Shown: positions 27,806-42,471, numbered from the stretch's first letter. The stretch: DNA of 64,000 bases from Flaccisagitta enflata (GCA_965153355.1 OZ231126.1:24242001-24306000); one strand, 5' to 3'. Program-made: numbers and translations. The notes: generated by a model from the sequence alone, not told the origin.

Positions 27806-27936
27806 AAACAAGGCCATGTAGGCCAATAAGGTGCGACATGTGGATCGTCGAACGAATGCGTGACTCCACAGACCAACCGACCAACCGACCGACCAACGGA
27901 CACAGCCATTTATAGAGGTGCTTTGTCGCACCTAAA
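27806..27936 (-). mobile_element. Short HINE-like element, AGGTGCGACA subfamily
   Basis: On the minus strand: TTTAGGTGCGACAAAGCACCT ... TGTCGCACCT TATT GGCCTACATGGCC TTGTTT, with perfect 10-bp subTIRs. A roughly 50-bp deleted remnant lies at about 60998-61046. Confidence 0.75.
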
Positions 27937-27950
27937 GAGTTAAGACTTTC

Positions 27951-28781
27951 TTTTTTGGGCAGCGGCCCCGAAGGGGACGAAGTCCTGTAGAACACAGGGG
28001 GAATCTGTCCGTCCGTCCGTCCGTACGTCCGTACGTCCGTACGTCCGTCCCCCCCTGCCCCATCCTCAGGGCTTCGTCTCCTTTGGGGCCCAAATCCAAG
28101 CAAAATGGCCCAAATCCAAGCAAAATGACCCAAATCCAGGCAAAATAGGCCAAATCCAGGCAAAATAGCCCAAATCTAGGCAAATTTGGCCAAATCTGGT
28201 TAGAAAACCTGAATTCTGGCCTGAGTTCTATCATTTTAGCCCCTTTAACTTAGATTCTGGCTTCTAAAACCCACATCCTAACGTTAGAGACCCAGATCCT
28301 GACCTCTGGGACCCAGATCCTGACCTCCAAGACTTAGGTTTTAGCCTCAGAGACCCAAATCCTGAACTCAGAGACTCAATATCTGGCCTCTGAGACCAAC
28401 AAACTGGTCTCTGAGACCCAGATTCTGGCCCCCGAGACCCGGATCCTGGCCTGCTCCTCCCTCAACTTAACCTACAAACTATTCAAGAAGGGCAAGGGTA
28501 CCATTGTCCATATACTGCCTTTTGTCATATCTGCATGGTAGTCAATGAAAATTTGAATAACAGTGCATCCAGGACAGAAGGAAAGCAGATAAAGGGATGA
28601 ACGGATGGACGGACAGACAGATGGACAGATGGATGGACACACGGACGGACAGATTCCCCCTGTGTTCTACAGGACTTCGTCCCCTTCGGGGCCGCTGCCC
28701 TGCTCCCTCTCAACTTAAATCACTCATTACTCAAGCAGGGCACGGGTACCGCTGACCACTTACTGCCTTTGGGCTGCTATT
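27951..28781 (+). mobile_element. Minisatellite-carrying HINE-like element (family D1, long asymmetric inverted repeats)
   Basis: A T-run followed by GGGCAGCGGCCCCGAAGGGGACGAAGTCCTGTAGAACACAGGGGGAATCTGTCC; its inverted copy ends at 28700. An 80-bp tail follows (CGGGTACCGCTGACCA...CTATT). Internal 21-bp repeats. Related copy at 48886-49304. Confidence 0.75.
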
Positions 28782-29290
28782 AATTTTGTGTTGATTTGTT
28801 GGATTCACAAGAAGTCCGTTGAGTCAGTCCAGTTATTCACACCAAGATCATCTGTTTTGAAATTAAAAAAAAAGAATAAACAACATAAATCATGACATTC
28901 CTGTGCTCACTATCTCATGAACATGTAAATTCAATTTCTCTGTGCACTCGTTATGATTTTAGATGATGTGAACGCTAGGAGCTTGACTTTGACTTGGCAG
29001 CGGCGTAGGAGAGCAGAGATTTTGGGGACCACCAACCCCAATTTTTGTCCAACTAATCTATTGTCTTAACAAAAACTGGTTTGCAGTTTTTAATTGCGTG
29101 CTAAGCTACTCTATACCCGCTTAGTCCATCCGTTGATTAGTGGGTTGGTTGGTTGGTTGGTTGGTCCCCTTTTACTTTTCTGGCGTTTTTGAGCGTTTTA
29201 AGCTCACTGCTCCTGCCAAAATTCCCCAGTGACCTTCTCTATCACTGCCATTGCCCCTGAATTGAATAAAAAACAGTGGTTGCTTTTATA

Positions 29291-29889
29291 CAGGGTGCTT
29301 CATGCCAAATTAGATATAAGGAAACGATCCCATTCTGCTTCCAAAACTGAAAAAAAAATTCGGAAAAAAAAATTCAAAAAGCACTTGAGCTCCGATTTTT
29401 TGTGTAAAAAATCTATGGGTTTGGGTCAAATATCTTGGCCACAACATCAATTTGAAGTAAAATGAGCATTTAAAGGAGAAGCTCTTTTCACATAATTTTG
29501 ATTTTTGAAAGTTTTTCTTTAAAGTGCTCTCATTTCTAAACAACTTGAGCCACAGATGCCAGATTGGTCTCAAATTGAAGAAAATTTGACAGGCTTTAAT
29601 CTGAGAACAATCTGGTATCTGTAACTCAAGCCGTCTTGAAATGAGATCACTTTAAAGAAGAACTTTAAAATCAAAATTTTGTTAAAAGAGCTTCTCCTTT
29701 AAATGCTCATTTTACTTCAAATTGATGTTGTGGCCACTGGCCAGGATATTTGTCCCAAACCAATGAAATTTTTACACACAAAAAATTGGAGCCTAAGTGC
29801 TCTTTGAGACTTTTTTCAGAACTATTTTTGCGTCTTTAGAAACAGAATGGCATCGTTTTCTTACATCTATTTTGGCTTGAAACACCATG
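29291..29889. mobile_element. Tc1/mariner-type fully palindromic MITE
   Basis: TA|CAGGGTGCTTCA...TGAAACACCATG|TA. The arms pair for about 290 bp towards a centre near 29590. Confidence 0.8.
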
Positions 29890-30205
29890 TATGTACAGTG
29901 GAGCATTGCTAAGGTGCACCTGTAACTAGGCATGCCTGCCCATGTCCATGAAGTACGCAACTAGCAGTACAGTCCTAATATAGATTTTTGTAGATCTCTG
30001 TTCTATGTTGAAATCAGTATGCCAACAATATTTGTGTCCTAACAAGAGGGTCTGCCATGGCACTCCATTCTCCCTCGCCGCTGAGTTGAGTGGACGAATA
30101 AAAGAAAGAAGAAAGATGAAAGAAATGATTAGAACTACCACGTAAAAAGATAAAAAGAATGAGGGAGAGAAAAAAGAAAGAAAGAAAGAGAGAAAGAAAG
30201 AAAAA

Positions 30206-30285
<80 letters not shown>

Positions 30286-30763
30286 GAAAAGGTGCAGTGA
30301 AATAGAGAGACAGAAAAGACAAATAAAAAAAAAAAGAAAACATTTAGCAAAAATTGAAAAAAATTGGGTGAGTCTGAATTTTGGTTTTGTTGGAGTCATC
30401 GAAGCGCCGTCGAGAGTGAAGACTTTTAACCGACAAAGAAGTGATTAAGCACTTGTTATGCTTTCGATTTACTTTGTTCTTTCCCATAATTCACAAAATG
30501 AACTTTGAGGCCGCTTTTTGCTTTTCTGCCTTTATCGTTACTCCAATCCAAAGGAATGAGGGAACGATGCCTATCTGTCTGTCTGGTAATATGTCTATAT
30601 GTTCATTTTTGTTATAGTCTCAATATGACGTTTTCCGTAATCATCTGTATCTATCTGTTCTATTGAATGTCTGCTGTCTGCTTCTGTGTGCCTGTCTGTT
30701 ATGTGTTTGTCCGTCTGAATACCTGTCATTGTGTCACTCTGTCTTTCTCTCTGTCTGTCTCTA

Positions 30764-31375
30764 CCGGGTGATCAGCCGGAACCGAGTAAATCTTTTTGGA
30801 CGCTGTGCTTGAAGGACTGATAGTTGAAATTTGGGCAAAAGTTTATTAGAAAGAAAATTAATGAACATTTACTTTAAGCCAAAAGTGTATATTGTAGCCC
30901 AAAAGGCATGGAAGCTGTGGCTGTAGAAGCTTTTTTGCAAGATCGGGAACTGATGCCAAAATTGGAGTAACTTAGACTAATGACATTTTCCCACTATTTG
31001 ATGGCGATAGTGTTTTTAGTATATCTGATGACTGTCTAAAGCTAAAATTCGTTTTTTGGTGACAAACTGACGAGTTTTTGATCCAGTTTTGTAAAGAAGA
31101 TCATGAAAGCCGCGATTTATTACCAGAAATGTCTCTTCTCAAAATGAATTGATTTGACAATAGACAAGGATTCTGCGCAAAACTGCACCCTCCAAATCGA
31201 CTTAGATTGGAATATAACTTAGAAGGCTGTTTCTTCAGTACTATGGGGCTATTTATTTTCAGATAAGCAAACGTTCAGCAATTCTCTTCAATTCTAGACC
31301 ATATCTATCTAAATCACTTTTGTAGTCTATGAGTAATATCATCATACATTTACTCAATTCCGGCTGATCACCCGG
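30764..31375. mobile_element. Tc1/mariner-type MITE
   Basis: TA|CCGGGTGATCAGCCGGAA..GAGTAAAT ... ATTTACTC..TTCCGGCTGATCACCCGG|TA. Confidence 0.85.
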
Positions 31376-31387
31376 TATCTGTCTGTC

Positions 31388-31513
<126 letters not shown>

Positions 31514-31732
31514 TCCGAGGCATATATTTGCCCCCCTTTTTGTGCGTGTGGGCCAAAAGCTGGGCCAAATCAGAGTGAAAAATATCGAGTTTTATTCACT
31601 TTGAAAAAAATCTTTCTTTGATTTAAAACCGCGCGCGGTGGAAGGTAACGAGGTTTTGGGGGCCCTGAATCAATTTTTAACCGCCTGTTCCCCCAGCAAC
31701 CCCTACGTCACAATTCAATTTTCTCTCCAGTT

Positions 31733-32052
<320 letters not shown>

Positions 32053-32599
32053 TGTGGGGGGGGGGAACGGGGTGTGTGGGTATCTGCCTAGGCTTGAAGG
32101 CTTGAAGTTACCTCTAGTTTGTAACATGACTGTGAAATAAGTGCCGCCCTTGAATGAATGCTGACGTTTTGTGTGAGGGATTTGGGCGTAAAATTAATAA
32201 TCTCGCCGGAAATGAAATCAACGGCACAAATACGCAGATAAATGCGAGAAACAGCTGGCGAATAATGGCTGATGAATTGTAACATATAAACGGTAATAAA
32301 TCAACATCGAAGAAGAGGATTGAGGTGATACATAAGAAAAAAATAACCTGTAAAAAAAACCAGACAGACAGAAGTCTAAAGACAGACAGAAAGACAGACA
32401 AATGTACACATGCACAGAGTATACAAACAGTTTGCTTTTTACACGGAACAACGCACAGATCAAAAATGATCAAATCATGGAACATATTTTTCTAAACGAA
32501 GAGAAAATGATAGAAAAAAAGAAAGAAAAAAAAAGAGAAAATGAGACGAAAAGAAAGGAAAAGAAAGAGAGCTAGAATGAAAAGGGAAAGAACCTTTGA

Positions 32600-32679
<80 letters not shown>

Positions 32680-32712
32680 CTGAATGAATGAAAGCTAGAA
32701 AGAAAGAATAAA

Positions 32713-32796
<84 letters not shown>

Positions 32797-33608
32797 AAGA
32801 AAGAAAGGAAGAAAGAAGAGAAGCAAGAGTGAAAGACAGTCAGTGGATAGCGTTTGAAAGGTGTCGGGATAGGAGATGAGGTGATGGCAGAAGACAATGG
32901 GCTCAAGTCTCTGGGGCGCTCTCAGGCTTAAGAATGATGACTCCAGCGGTCTCGTTGATGGTCAAAGGGGAAACCGAGGACTGAATGGGGGAGAATAGGG
33001 GTAGGGGATGACTACTGGTGGCTGAAAAGTGGGGGTGGTGACAGGAGAGGTTATTGGACGATGATGAGAAACATGGTCAAAGGGGAAACCGAAGACACAA
33101 ATGGGGAGAAGGGGGAGAAGAGGGGTTGGGGATGACTTCTGGTGGCTCAAAACTAAGGGTGGCGCAAGGAAACTGGGGAGACTGGGACGAAATCGAGGGA
33201 GCAAGATACATGGTGGCCAAGAGGATGGGGTTGGAGATAGGAATCGCCTCTGGATGGTAATGAATAGCTTGAACTTGTTGATGGTCATTGGTCAAAGGGG
33301 TAACCGGGGACTGAAAGGAGGAGAAGGGAGAAGGTGATGGCTGCTGGTGGTATTAAACTGGGGGTGTAGTGAGGAGTCAGTTGATGAAGAGAGAAATGGT
33401 CTTGTTGATGGTCAAACGGGGGAGAGAGCGGCGGTGGGAGGGGGGGGGAAGTGATTGCTGCTGCTGCTGTGGCTTTAAAGTTGGGGTTTGCGAAAGGGAT
33501 GGCTAGCTTTTTCTTGGTCAAGGTGCCCACAGGTGGTGATGGGTTGAGGTTTTGGACATTCGTGATGATTGTCAAAGGCAAACAAGAGGAAACGAGTGGA
33601 TGCCCGGG

Positions 33609-36600
33609 TCTGGAAATTGAAGCGGATATGAGTGATGAAGAACGCATTTGGATGAAAAGCTTTCTTGGCTGTTGCATCGTCGGCATCGATTACGTTAGCA
33701 ATAGGCCTATATATAGGAGGTGAAAAAGGAAAGGGGGAGTGACAATGGATTATTGAGGAATGTAACGGCAACTTTCACGCTCTACTAGTTAAGATGCCGT
33801 GCAAAAAATAGCAACTCAAGATTAGATAACAACATGGGTGTACGTTGGACGACCTCCCTGTTTGTCAGACTGACGCCTCTGTTGGACTTAAACCCATGCA
33901 AAAAATGAAAAAAAAAAGAAAACCAGAAGAAGAAAAAGCATATTCAAAGGAAGAATGAGAGATTATGTGCGTTTTTCTTACAAATTAGGCTGTCATTTCT
34001 TGACTGAGAGTAATTTAAGATTTGAAAAGAATAATACTAAACTCTGTCGGGTTTGAAGCTCTGTTGGACTTGAAGTTGGTTGCCAACGGCCCTTTGAGAT
34101 TCCGCGCCATACGCTTATGGACAACACCATCATATATGCTTACGGAACGAAAACACTATCCATATCAACGATCTTGAAGGTATCATTATCGTTAAATCTC
34201 CGTTTTATTACGTTGTAGAGTTCGTTCATTCAGTCTTGAGATAGAAATATAAACCCAGTCAATCGGTTGAAACTTATTATTTGCGCCTGATTATTTTCAT
34301 TCATTGCGTGTTCTAGATGCGTCCGAAAGAAACGCATCTCTATAAGAAGGTCTGTCCGTCTGTCGTTCGATCGGTTGGTCTGTCCATCCGTTGGTCGGTC
34401 GGTCGGTCGGTCGGTCCGTTACGCCTGTGCAAACACCGCGTTTCTCGGCAGTTTTTTTTGCCACGGTGAGATGCTATACTGAAACAAATGATCAACCGAT
34501 ATGTTTTGAGGCCTAGTCGTTTCACCTGTCTGTTCGTCCATCTGTCTCTCCATATAAGTCACATGATCAATACACGTAAAGACAGTCCGGACGCATCGTT
34601 GCCCGGTCGGGCTTGTTTGTCCCGATTACATCCCGATAATCGATTATCAGTAAAAACACTTATTCTTTTTTTTTAAGCACCTCGTTTATAAGCACGCCCA
34701 GCCTCGGATATTGAGAAATTTAAGCATATTGCTAAGCACGCTCAAGGCTGAATTAAAATTCAAATTCCAGGCTTAGATTTCTGATTTGAAAATTTCCTAA
34801 ATTATGCCAATTTTTAGATATTTTTGGTTTGAATTTCACAAAACTTTGATAGATATTGAAATTACCTATGATATCAATATATAACATTCAGGATTTTGAT
34901 ACTGATAGAAATAATTGAATTTCTAAGAATATTTAAGAATATTGTTGCTTAGATACTATTGTTAATAAGAATTTATTGCTATAATAAGGACCACCAAAAA
35001 AGAAAGATATATCATGATACTAAATAACACTAAAGATCTAAAAGAATAATTATGTCAAATTGAGATACTAATCTCATCCCATGGTTTACATGAAAGTAGA
35101 ACAACATCAATGAAAGATACTGTATATTTTTTATACAAAATAGATTTATTACTGTAATTTACAACCTTGGAAATAAGTTTATCTGGAAATTGAAGCGGAT
35201 ATGAGTGATGAAGAACGCATTTGGATGAAAAGCTTTCTTGGCTGTTGCATCGTCGGCATCAATTACGTTAGCAATAGGCCTATATATAGGAGGTGAAAAA
35301 GGAAAGGGGGAGTGACAACGGATTATTGAGGAATGTAACGGCAACTTTCACGCTCTACTAGTTAAGATGCCGTGCAAAAAATAGCAACTCAAGATTAGAT
35401 AACAACATGGGTGTACGTTGGACAACCTCCCTGTTTGTCAGACTGACGCCTCTGTTGGACTTAAACCCATGCAAAAAATGAAAAAAAAAAGAAAACCAGA
35501 AGAAGAAAAAGCATATTCAAAGGAAGAATGAGAGATTATGTGCGTTTTTCTTACAAATTAGGCTGTCATTTCTTGACTGAGAGTAATTTAAGATTTGAAA
35601 AGAATAATACTAAACTCTGTCGGGTTTGAAGCTCTGTTGGACTTGAAGTTGGTTGCCAACGGCCCTTTGAGATTCCGCGCCATACGCTTATGGACAACAC
35701 CATCACATATGCTTACGGAACGAAAACACTATCCATATCAACGATCTTGAAGGTATCATTATCGTTAAATCTCCGTTTTATTACGTTGTAGAGTTCGTTC
35801 ATTCAGTCTTGAGATAGAAATATAAACCCAGTCAATCGGTTGAAACTTATTATTTGCGCCTGATTATTTTCAATCAATGCGTGTTTTAGATGCGTCCGAA
35901 AGAAACGCATCTCTATAAGAAGGTCAGTCCGTCTGTCGTTCGATCGGTTGGTCTGTCCGTCCGTTGGTCGGTCGGTCGGTCGGTCGGTCGGTCCGTTACG
36001 CCTGTGCAAAAACCGCGTTTCTCGGCAGTTTTTTTTGCCACGGTGAGATGCTATACTGAAACAAATGATCAACCGATATGTTTTGAGGCCTAGTCGTTTC
36101 ACCTGTCTGTTCGTCAATCTGTCTCTCCATATAAGTCACATGATCAATACACGTAAAGACAGTCCGGACGCATCGTTGCCCGGTCGGGCTTGTTTGTCCC
36201 GATTACATCCCGATAATCGATTATCAGTAAAAACACTTATTCTTTTTTTTTAAGCACCTCGTTTATAAGCACGCCCAGCCTCGGATATTGAGAAATTTAA
36301 GCATATTGCTAAGCACGCTCAAGGCTGAATTAAAATTCAAATTCCAGGCTTAGATTTCTGATTTGAAAATTTCCTAAATTATGCCAATTTTTAGATATTT
36401 TTGGTTTGAATTTCACAAAACTTTGATAGATATTGAAATTACCTATGATATCAATATATAACATTCAGGATTTTGATACTGATAGAAATAATTGAATTTC
36501 TAAGAATATTTAAGAATATTGTTGCTTAGATACTATTGTTAATAAGAATTTATTGCTATAATAAGGACCACCAAAAAAGAAAGATATATCATGATACTAA

Positions 36601-36760
36601 ATAACACTAAAGATCTAAAAGAATAATTATGTCAAATTGAGATACTAATCTCATCCCATGGTTTACATGAAAGTAGAACAACATCAATGAAAGATACTGT
36701 ATATTTTTTATACAAAATAGATTTATTACTGTAATTTACAACCTTGGAAATAAGTTTATC
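33609..36760. repeat. Tandem duplication, two units of about 1575 bp
   Basis: 33609-35183 is repeated at 35182-36760, with about a dozen differences visible and a 2-bp TC microhomology at the junction. Confidence 0.93.
34311..34618 (+). mobile_element. HINE-like element, GATGCGTCCG subfamily (duplicate at 35884-36195)
   Basis: TAGATGCGTCCGAAAGAAACGCATCT ... CGGACGCATC GTT GCCCGGTCGGGC TTGTTT, with internal (GGTC)n. Confidence 0.78.
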
Positions 36761-37529
36761 GCATCACTTAAAGCCTCATATCTCCTTTACAAATAAAAAA
36801 ATCTAAGAAAAATTGGTGAGGTTCTGAAACATCTTTAATTTTTCTAGCAGTTGGCGCCAACCGCGTTACTGTGCATCTAACCATTTAGAAATGAGAGCTG
36901 AACGAAGTTAGGTACCTCATTATAAAAATGGCATAAAAATGGCATTTTTAAAACGTGGTTCATGGGAGATTGTGCACCCGCTCATCAGGCTGTTTCAACA
37001 AAGCAATGGCATCAAAGGTGCAGTGTCAAAGGTCAAACACTTCTCCAGTTAGCCCAGGAACAGCCAAAAACTCAAGCTGATAGAATCTCTATGAGTCTAT
37101 GGTCCCAATTGAGGTGATGGCAAAGACAAGAATGTGCAACACGGATGGCAGGACTGAAAAAAATCGCGCTAAAGTCTGGAGGAAGATCACACTATCACAC
37201 TATCAAAGACGCAGGGAAGCGTTTGAAAAGGTCAAGGAGGGCAAGACCAAGTATCAAGCTTGTTACGGACACGTTAATTGTACTATCTTGTCCATAAAAT
37301 GCCCCTTGATCAATAATGCGATAAACTTTTTTCCAAGATAGTATACTATACTTTATTCTATACTAAACAATACTATATGCCATACTGTTTTCTATACCCT
37401 ACTGTGTACTGAATAGGATAATTACTTACCAAAAAATGATAAGCACGCAATTAAGCACATTTCAGCCTAGAAAATGAGATTTTGCTAAGCACGCTCAGCC
37501 TCAGCCAAAAAAAGTGCGTGCTTAAAAAA

Positions 37530-37835
37530 AAACAAGGCCAACACTTATAAGTCGCGTGCGAGACTTACAGACTTTGAATGACTTCAAATGACTTCAAATG
37601 ACTTGGAATGACTTAGAGTGACTTAAAATGAACAAAAGAGACTCGTAATGACTAATGACCCTAATGACCAAAAATGACTTAAAATGACTTAAAATGACTT
37701 ACAATGACTTAAAAGTCGACGTTATATCATAAAAAAGTAAAGTGACGGACGGACGGACGGACGGACCGACGGACGGACCGACGGACCGACGGACCGACAA
37801 AGTGGGGTGTAGAGTCGCGTGCACGCGACTAAAAA
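37530..37835 (-). mobile_element. HINE-like element with 10-bp AATGACTTAA minisatellite
   Basis: On the minus strand: TTTTTAGTCGCGTGCACGCGACT ... GCACGCGACTTATAAGTGTTGGCCTTGTTT. It is inserted in an A-run. Confidence 0.78.
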
Positions 37836-39242
37836 GTGTATTGATTTAGGCCTCTATATAATGTTATGGCGGAAGTCGGTAATCACGCGGCTCCATTAAT
37901 GGTAGCTCATCAAATCTCTCTTCACCAGCGCTGACTGCGCATTTATCTTAGGAAAAAAATCATTTTGTGATAGATATCGAGTTAATCGTTTTTTGAACCT
38001 CAATCATTTGAGTTATTTTCCCAAATTGATGATATGAAATTAATCACTAGCCTGATTTTCAAAATGATTGATAATATTGATTGACAAATGCATTTCTTAC
38101 GGAGTAGTAGATTCCAGAGTCCCCTTACTGTATTGTAGGTATTGACACATCAAAATGTGTCGCACCAAAGAGATACAGATTACAGACACAAAAACAGATA
38201 TTGAAATTTCCGATTTGACTGAGATACACCTTGCTTGATCCGTCAGTCACGCAGCATGAAAAAAAAAGCCAAAACCCTGTTTACAAATAAACAAAGTCAA
38301 TAAAATCCCATCCTATAAGTAAAGAATTAGCAACTTGCATTCTTAAAGCCGACCATCAAACATGAAAGATCAATAATTTCACATAACATACATGGAGTAA
38401 AGCAATCAAAACAGACTCAGGAGAGTCCTGAATAGATAAATGCTACCAAAACAAAAACATTAAACGTACAAGTGTATTTGATAGTGTTTGCTATTCTTCA
38501 CGCATCCTCATGTTGATAGATTTTAGTTTGTTTGTAGATCCTGCCAGTTTCAAAGAAATTTACAATGTTGTTTTATTTGTTGTTGTTATAGTCACTGTTG
38601 TTGCCGTTGTTGTCAGTGTCGTTATTGATATTGTTGTTGCTGCTGTCAGAACTTTTTAAGATATTCTTTAGGTCTTTTTGGTGTAGCCCCAAATGTTGCA
38701 ACTGCAGTTACTGTTGCCGCAGCTATCGCCGTAGCTCTAACCGCAGATATCGCCGCGGTTATCGCTGTCTTCGTTGCTGTTTCCTGTGCTTCCCTCGCCG
38801 TAGTCAGGGATACTCCCCTCGTGAGTGATGCTGCACGCATAGCCAACACTGTGCAACAAAGCGAGAAGGAACTCTCAATTCCGTAATTGCCGTTGTTTCA
38901 GAGATGGCTCAAACTTTTTTTAAACTCATTTATGGGGAAATCAAAAGAAATTTCAACATTGTGGATCACGTTCATACATGTGAATGTTTCTCTATTTTAT
39001 GTTATTTTATGCTTAGTTAGATATGTAAATTAAATGCTTTTGAACCTTTTGACTGTATTATGAATTTTAACGATTGGGAAAAACGGAAATGGCAAGACTA
39101 TAACATGCAAATTAGCGTTGAAAGTAACAAAATTAGAGAGGTTCCTCCTTCAGTCTTTGTAAGCTTGGTTTTCAAAGTATATGTAAACTTTTATGTACAT
39201 TTTCAGTCATGTCACCTTTACTCAGTTCCACCTTTATTTTCC

Positions 39243-39555
<313 letters not shown>

Positions 39556-39947
39556 CTACAATGAAATTTAATACCAAGCTTACCAATTTCAAGTTCTGTT
39601 TAATTTAAGAATGTCCAAGATTCTTTCAAATGGTACTTCGGGGTCACTTTGATCATGTTGCATGGATTAGAATTCCTTGGCCTTGTCGGTTGCCGTTTAC
39701 CACTGGGCGATCATATCAGAATTAATTTCAACTTCAAGTTTGTTTCCGCTTCTCAAATCCTTTTCAAATAGTCATTTATTTTCATTCCCGGTCATCAGAA
39801 CAACTATCTCAGACGTAAAGACCGCACCGACGACAGCTGCTTGAATATCTCCTAAGTGATGCTACTTTTAATCTATCGCCTGCATTCTTCGATGTTATCT
39901 GTGCGTCCCCGTTTCACCCCTTGTAGAGTCTGGAGTAAAAGTCAAAC

Positions 39948-40032
<85 letters not shown>

Positions 40033-40338
40033 CCAGAAAGATCGATAGATAGACTGAATGACCGACAGACTGACAGACCAACAGACAGACATCCTGGAAG
40101 AGACAGACAGAGAGAGACCGAGATAGCGACAAATAGAAACAGGGACAAAGAAAGAAAGTAAGAATATCTCAAACGAGACAGGGAGAATGATAGAGAAGCC
40201 AGACAGGAGAGATTGAATGAATGAATGAATCAGAGAGATGCTTTCTCTCCTGCCGAAAAAATCATTTTTCTTTCCCCAAACATTCCAAAGATGTAAATAT
40301 CGAAGATGAAAGGGCGAGATAGAGAATAAGAGAGATCA

Positions 40339-40414
<76 letters not shown>

Positions 40415-40782
40415 GTGTCACTTTTCCTCCCTTTCTGCCGAGCGACAGACAGACAAATGGAATCGGACTGACAGAAAGCCAGACATCAAAAGAACGGCGA
40501 AAGTCGCTTTTAGCCTCACAACCGTCACGTGACACGGTTTTACAAAGACGGTCACGTGATGGCGAGGACGAGAAAGACGAGAAAGAGAGGGGAAGGAGGG
40601 GGAGAAGGAGAAGGAGGAAGAGGGTATTAGAATTTAGATGAGGTTGGGTTATGTGTGAGAAGGGGCGAAGAGGGAAGTGGAAAGGGGATGAACAAGGTTG
40701 AAATGAAGAAACCAGATGAAGAAATGGTGGACGAAAATGATGGAGAAAACGAAATAGACGAACATGAAGTATGAAGAAGAAG

Positions 40783-40970
40783 AACAAGGCCGGATACACG
40801 ACCACCAGTTGCGGACGGGTAGGCAGGGGCGGAAATGCGCGTTTAACCACTTTTTGACTCGATCATGACGGACCAACGGACGGACCAATGGACAGACTGA
40901 CGGACCGACGGACGGACTGGCGGACGGACGGACAACGCCTCTTATAGAGTTGCGTGTCCGCAACTAAAAA
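40783..40970 (-). mobile_element. HINE-like element, AGTTGCGGA subfamily with GGCCG stem-loop
   Basis: On the plus strand: AACAAGGCCGGATACACGACC...AGTTGCGGA ... AGTTGCGTGTCCGCAACTAAAAA. Near-identical copies at 42767-42947 (+) and 46499-46654 (-), and a truncated one at 18434-18572. Confidence 0.8.
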
Positions 40971-41022
40971 GAAAAGGAAAAAGAAAAAGATGAAGGAAAA
41001 AAGAGGGTGCGTGGTGAGAGAG

Positions 41023-41027
41023 TGATG

Positions 41028-41125
<98 letters not shown>

Positions 41126-41160
41126 CATCATCATCATCATCATGGTGATGATGATGATGT

Positions 41161-41253
<93 letters not shown>

Positions 41254-41264
41254 CGATGATGATG
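41023..41264. repeat. (GAT)n microsatellite with an internal inverted (CAT)n block
   Basis: Directly visible. (CAT)n(CCAT)n also at 57465-57800. Confidence 0.97.
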
Positions 41265-41484
41265 AATGATCCCATTAAATATTATGAGGTATGAACGGCA
41301 CTGACCAGAGGGAGGAAGCATGACGGAGAGGAAGGGAAAAGGAGAAGGAGAAAGATATGAAGAATACGGAGAATGGGAGTTAGACGTCTGATAGAACCAA
41401 GCGTCGATCTAAATGAATACCTTCCATTACAACTTCCTCTTGTGCTTTTAAGGTGGCAACTTCCGACTCCCTTCTACAATCAAT

Positions 41485-41550
<66 letters not shown>

Positions 41551-42471
41551 TTCTGACTCTCTTTCTCTCTGTCATCTTTCATTTGTCAAAAGCGTAGATG
41601 GAATGAAAGCGGACGGATGTTGGTCGGCCAGTCGGTCGGTCGGTCGGTCAGTCGGCCAGTCGGTCGCTGCGATCGGTATGATTACAAAGATTTATTCCTT
41701 CGGCCGAAGTAGAATCTACGTTTTCATCAGACGGGTTTTGGTTAGTCCGTCTGTCCGCGTCTGGTCATCGGATTTGCGTCTGACTATCTCATCGACTGTC
41801 TTGACTGTCTATCTTTCCAACTGTCTAATGTATCTTAAGAGTTTTGACTGAGTGCGTCTAAATGTCGTAGTTGGGCGTAGCCGTAGGCGAACGATCGGAG
41901 ACTACGATTGGAAACCAGACTTGGATTTGAGGACGATCTACAAGAGAAGACACACACACACCAAAGAGAGTGTGAGAGGGGAGGAAGGAAGATGAGCATG
42001 AGGGGGAGGAAGGAAAATGAGCTGGGGGGGGGGGGAGGAAGGAAGATGAGCTAGAGGTGTCTGGAGGGGGGGGGGTAAATAAATGACTCGGCAAAGAGGT
42101 CGTAAGATAGAAGGGAGGAGTATGGCCATGGGCTACAATGAGGTGAGAGGTGGTGGGAGGGTGGTCACTGGCCGCTGGTCAGGTGACACAGCACAGAGGA
42201 AATATCATGAACAAGAGGTGGGGAGGTGTATCAAGAGAGCATATCGTAAAAAACTAAGATCAGAAGATAGAGAAGCGAAATAGGGATTAGGACGCAGTGT
42301 ACAGGAAGAAGAAATTTCATCCGTCATTACAATTTTTTGAATATTTTTTATATCATCTTATTATAATTTCTTTTGTTAAAAAAAAAAACATTTTTAAAGT
42401 GTTGAACAATAAATTTTTGCATAGATAATCTCTGACATACAGATTTGATATACATAATGTATCAAAATAAG

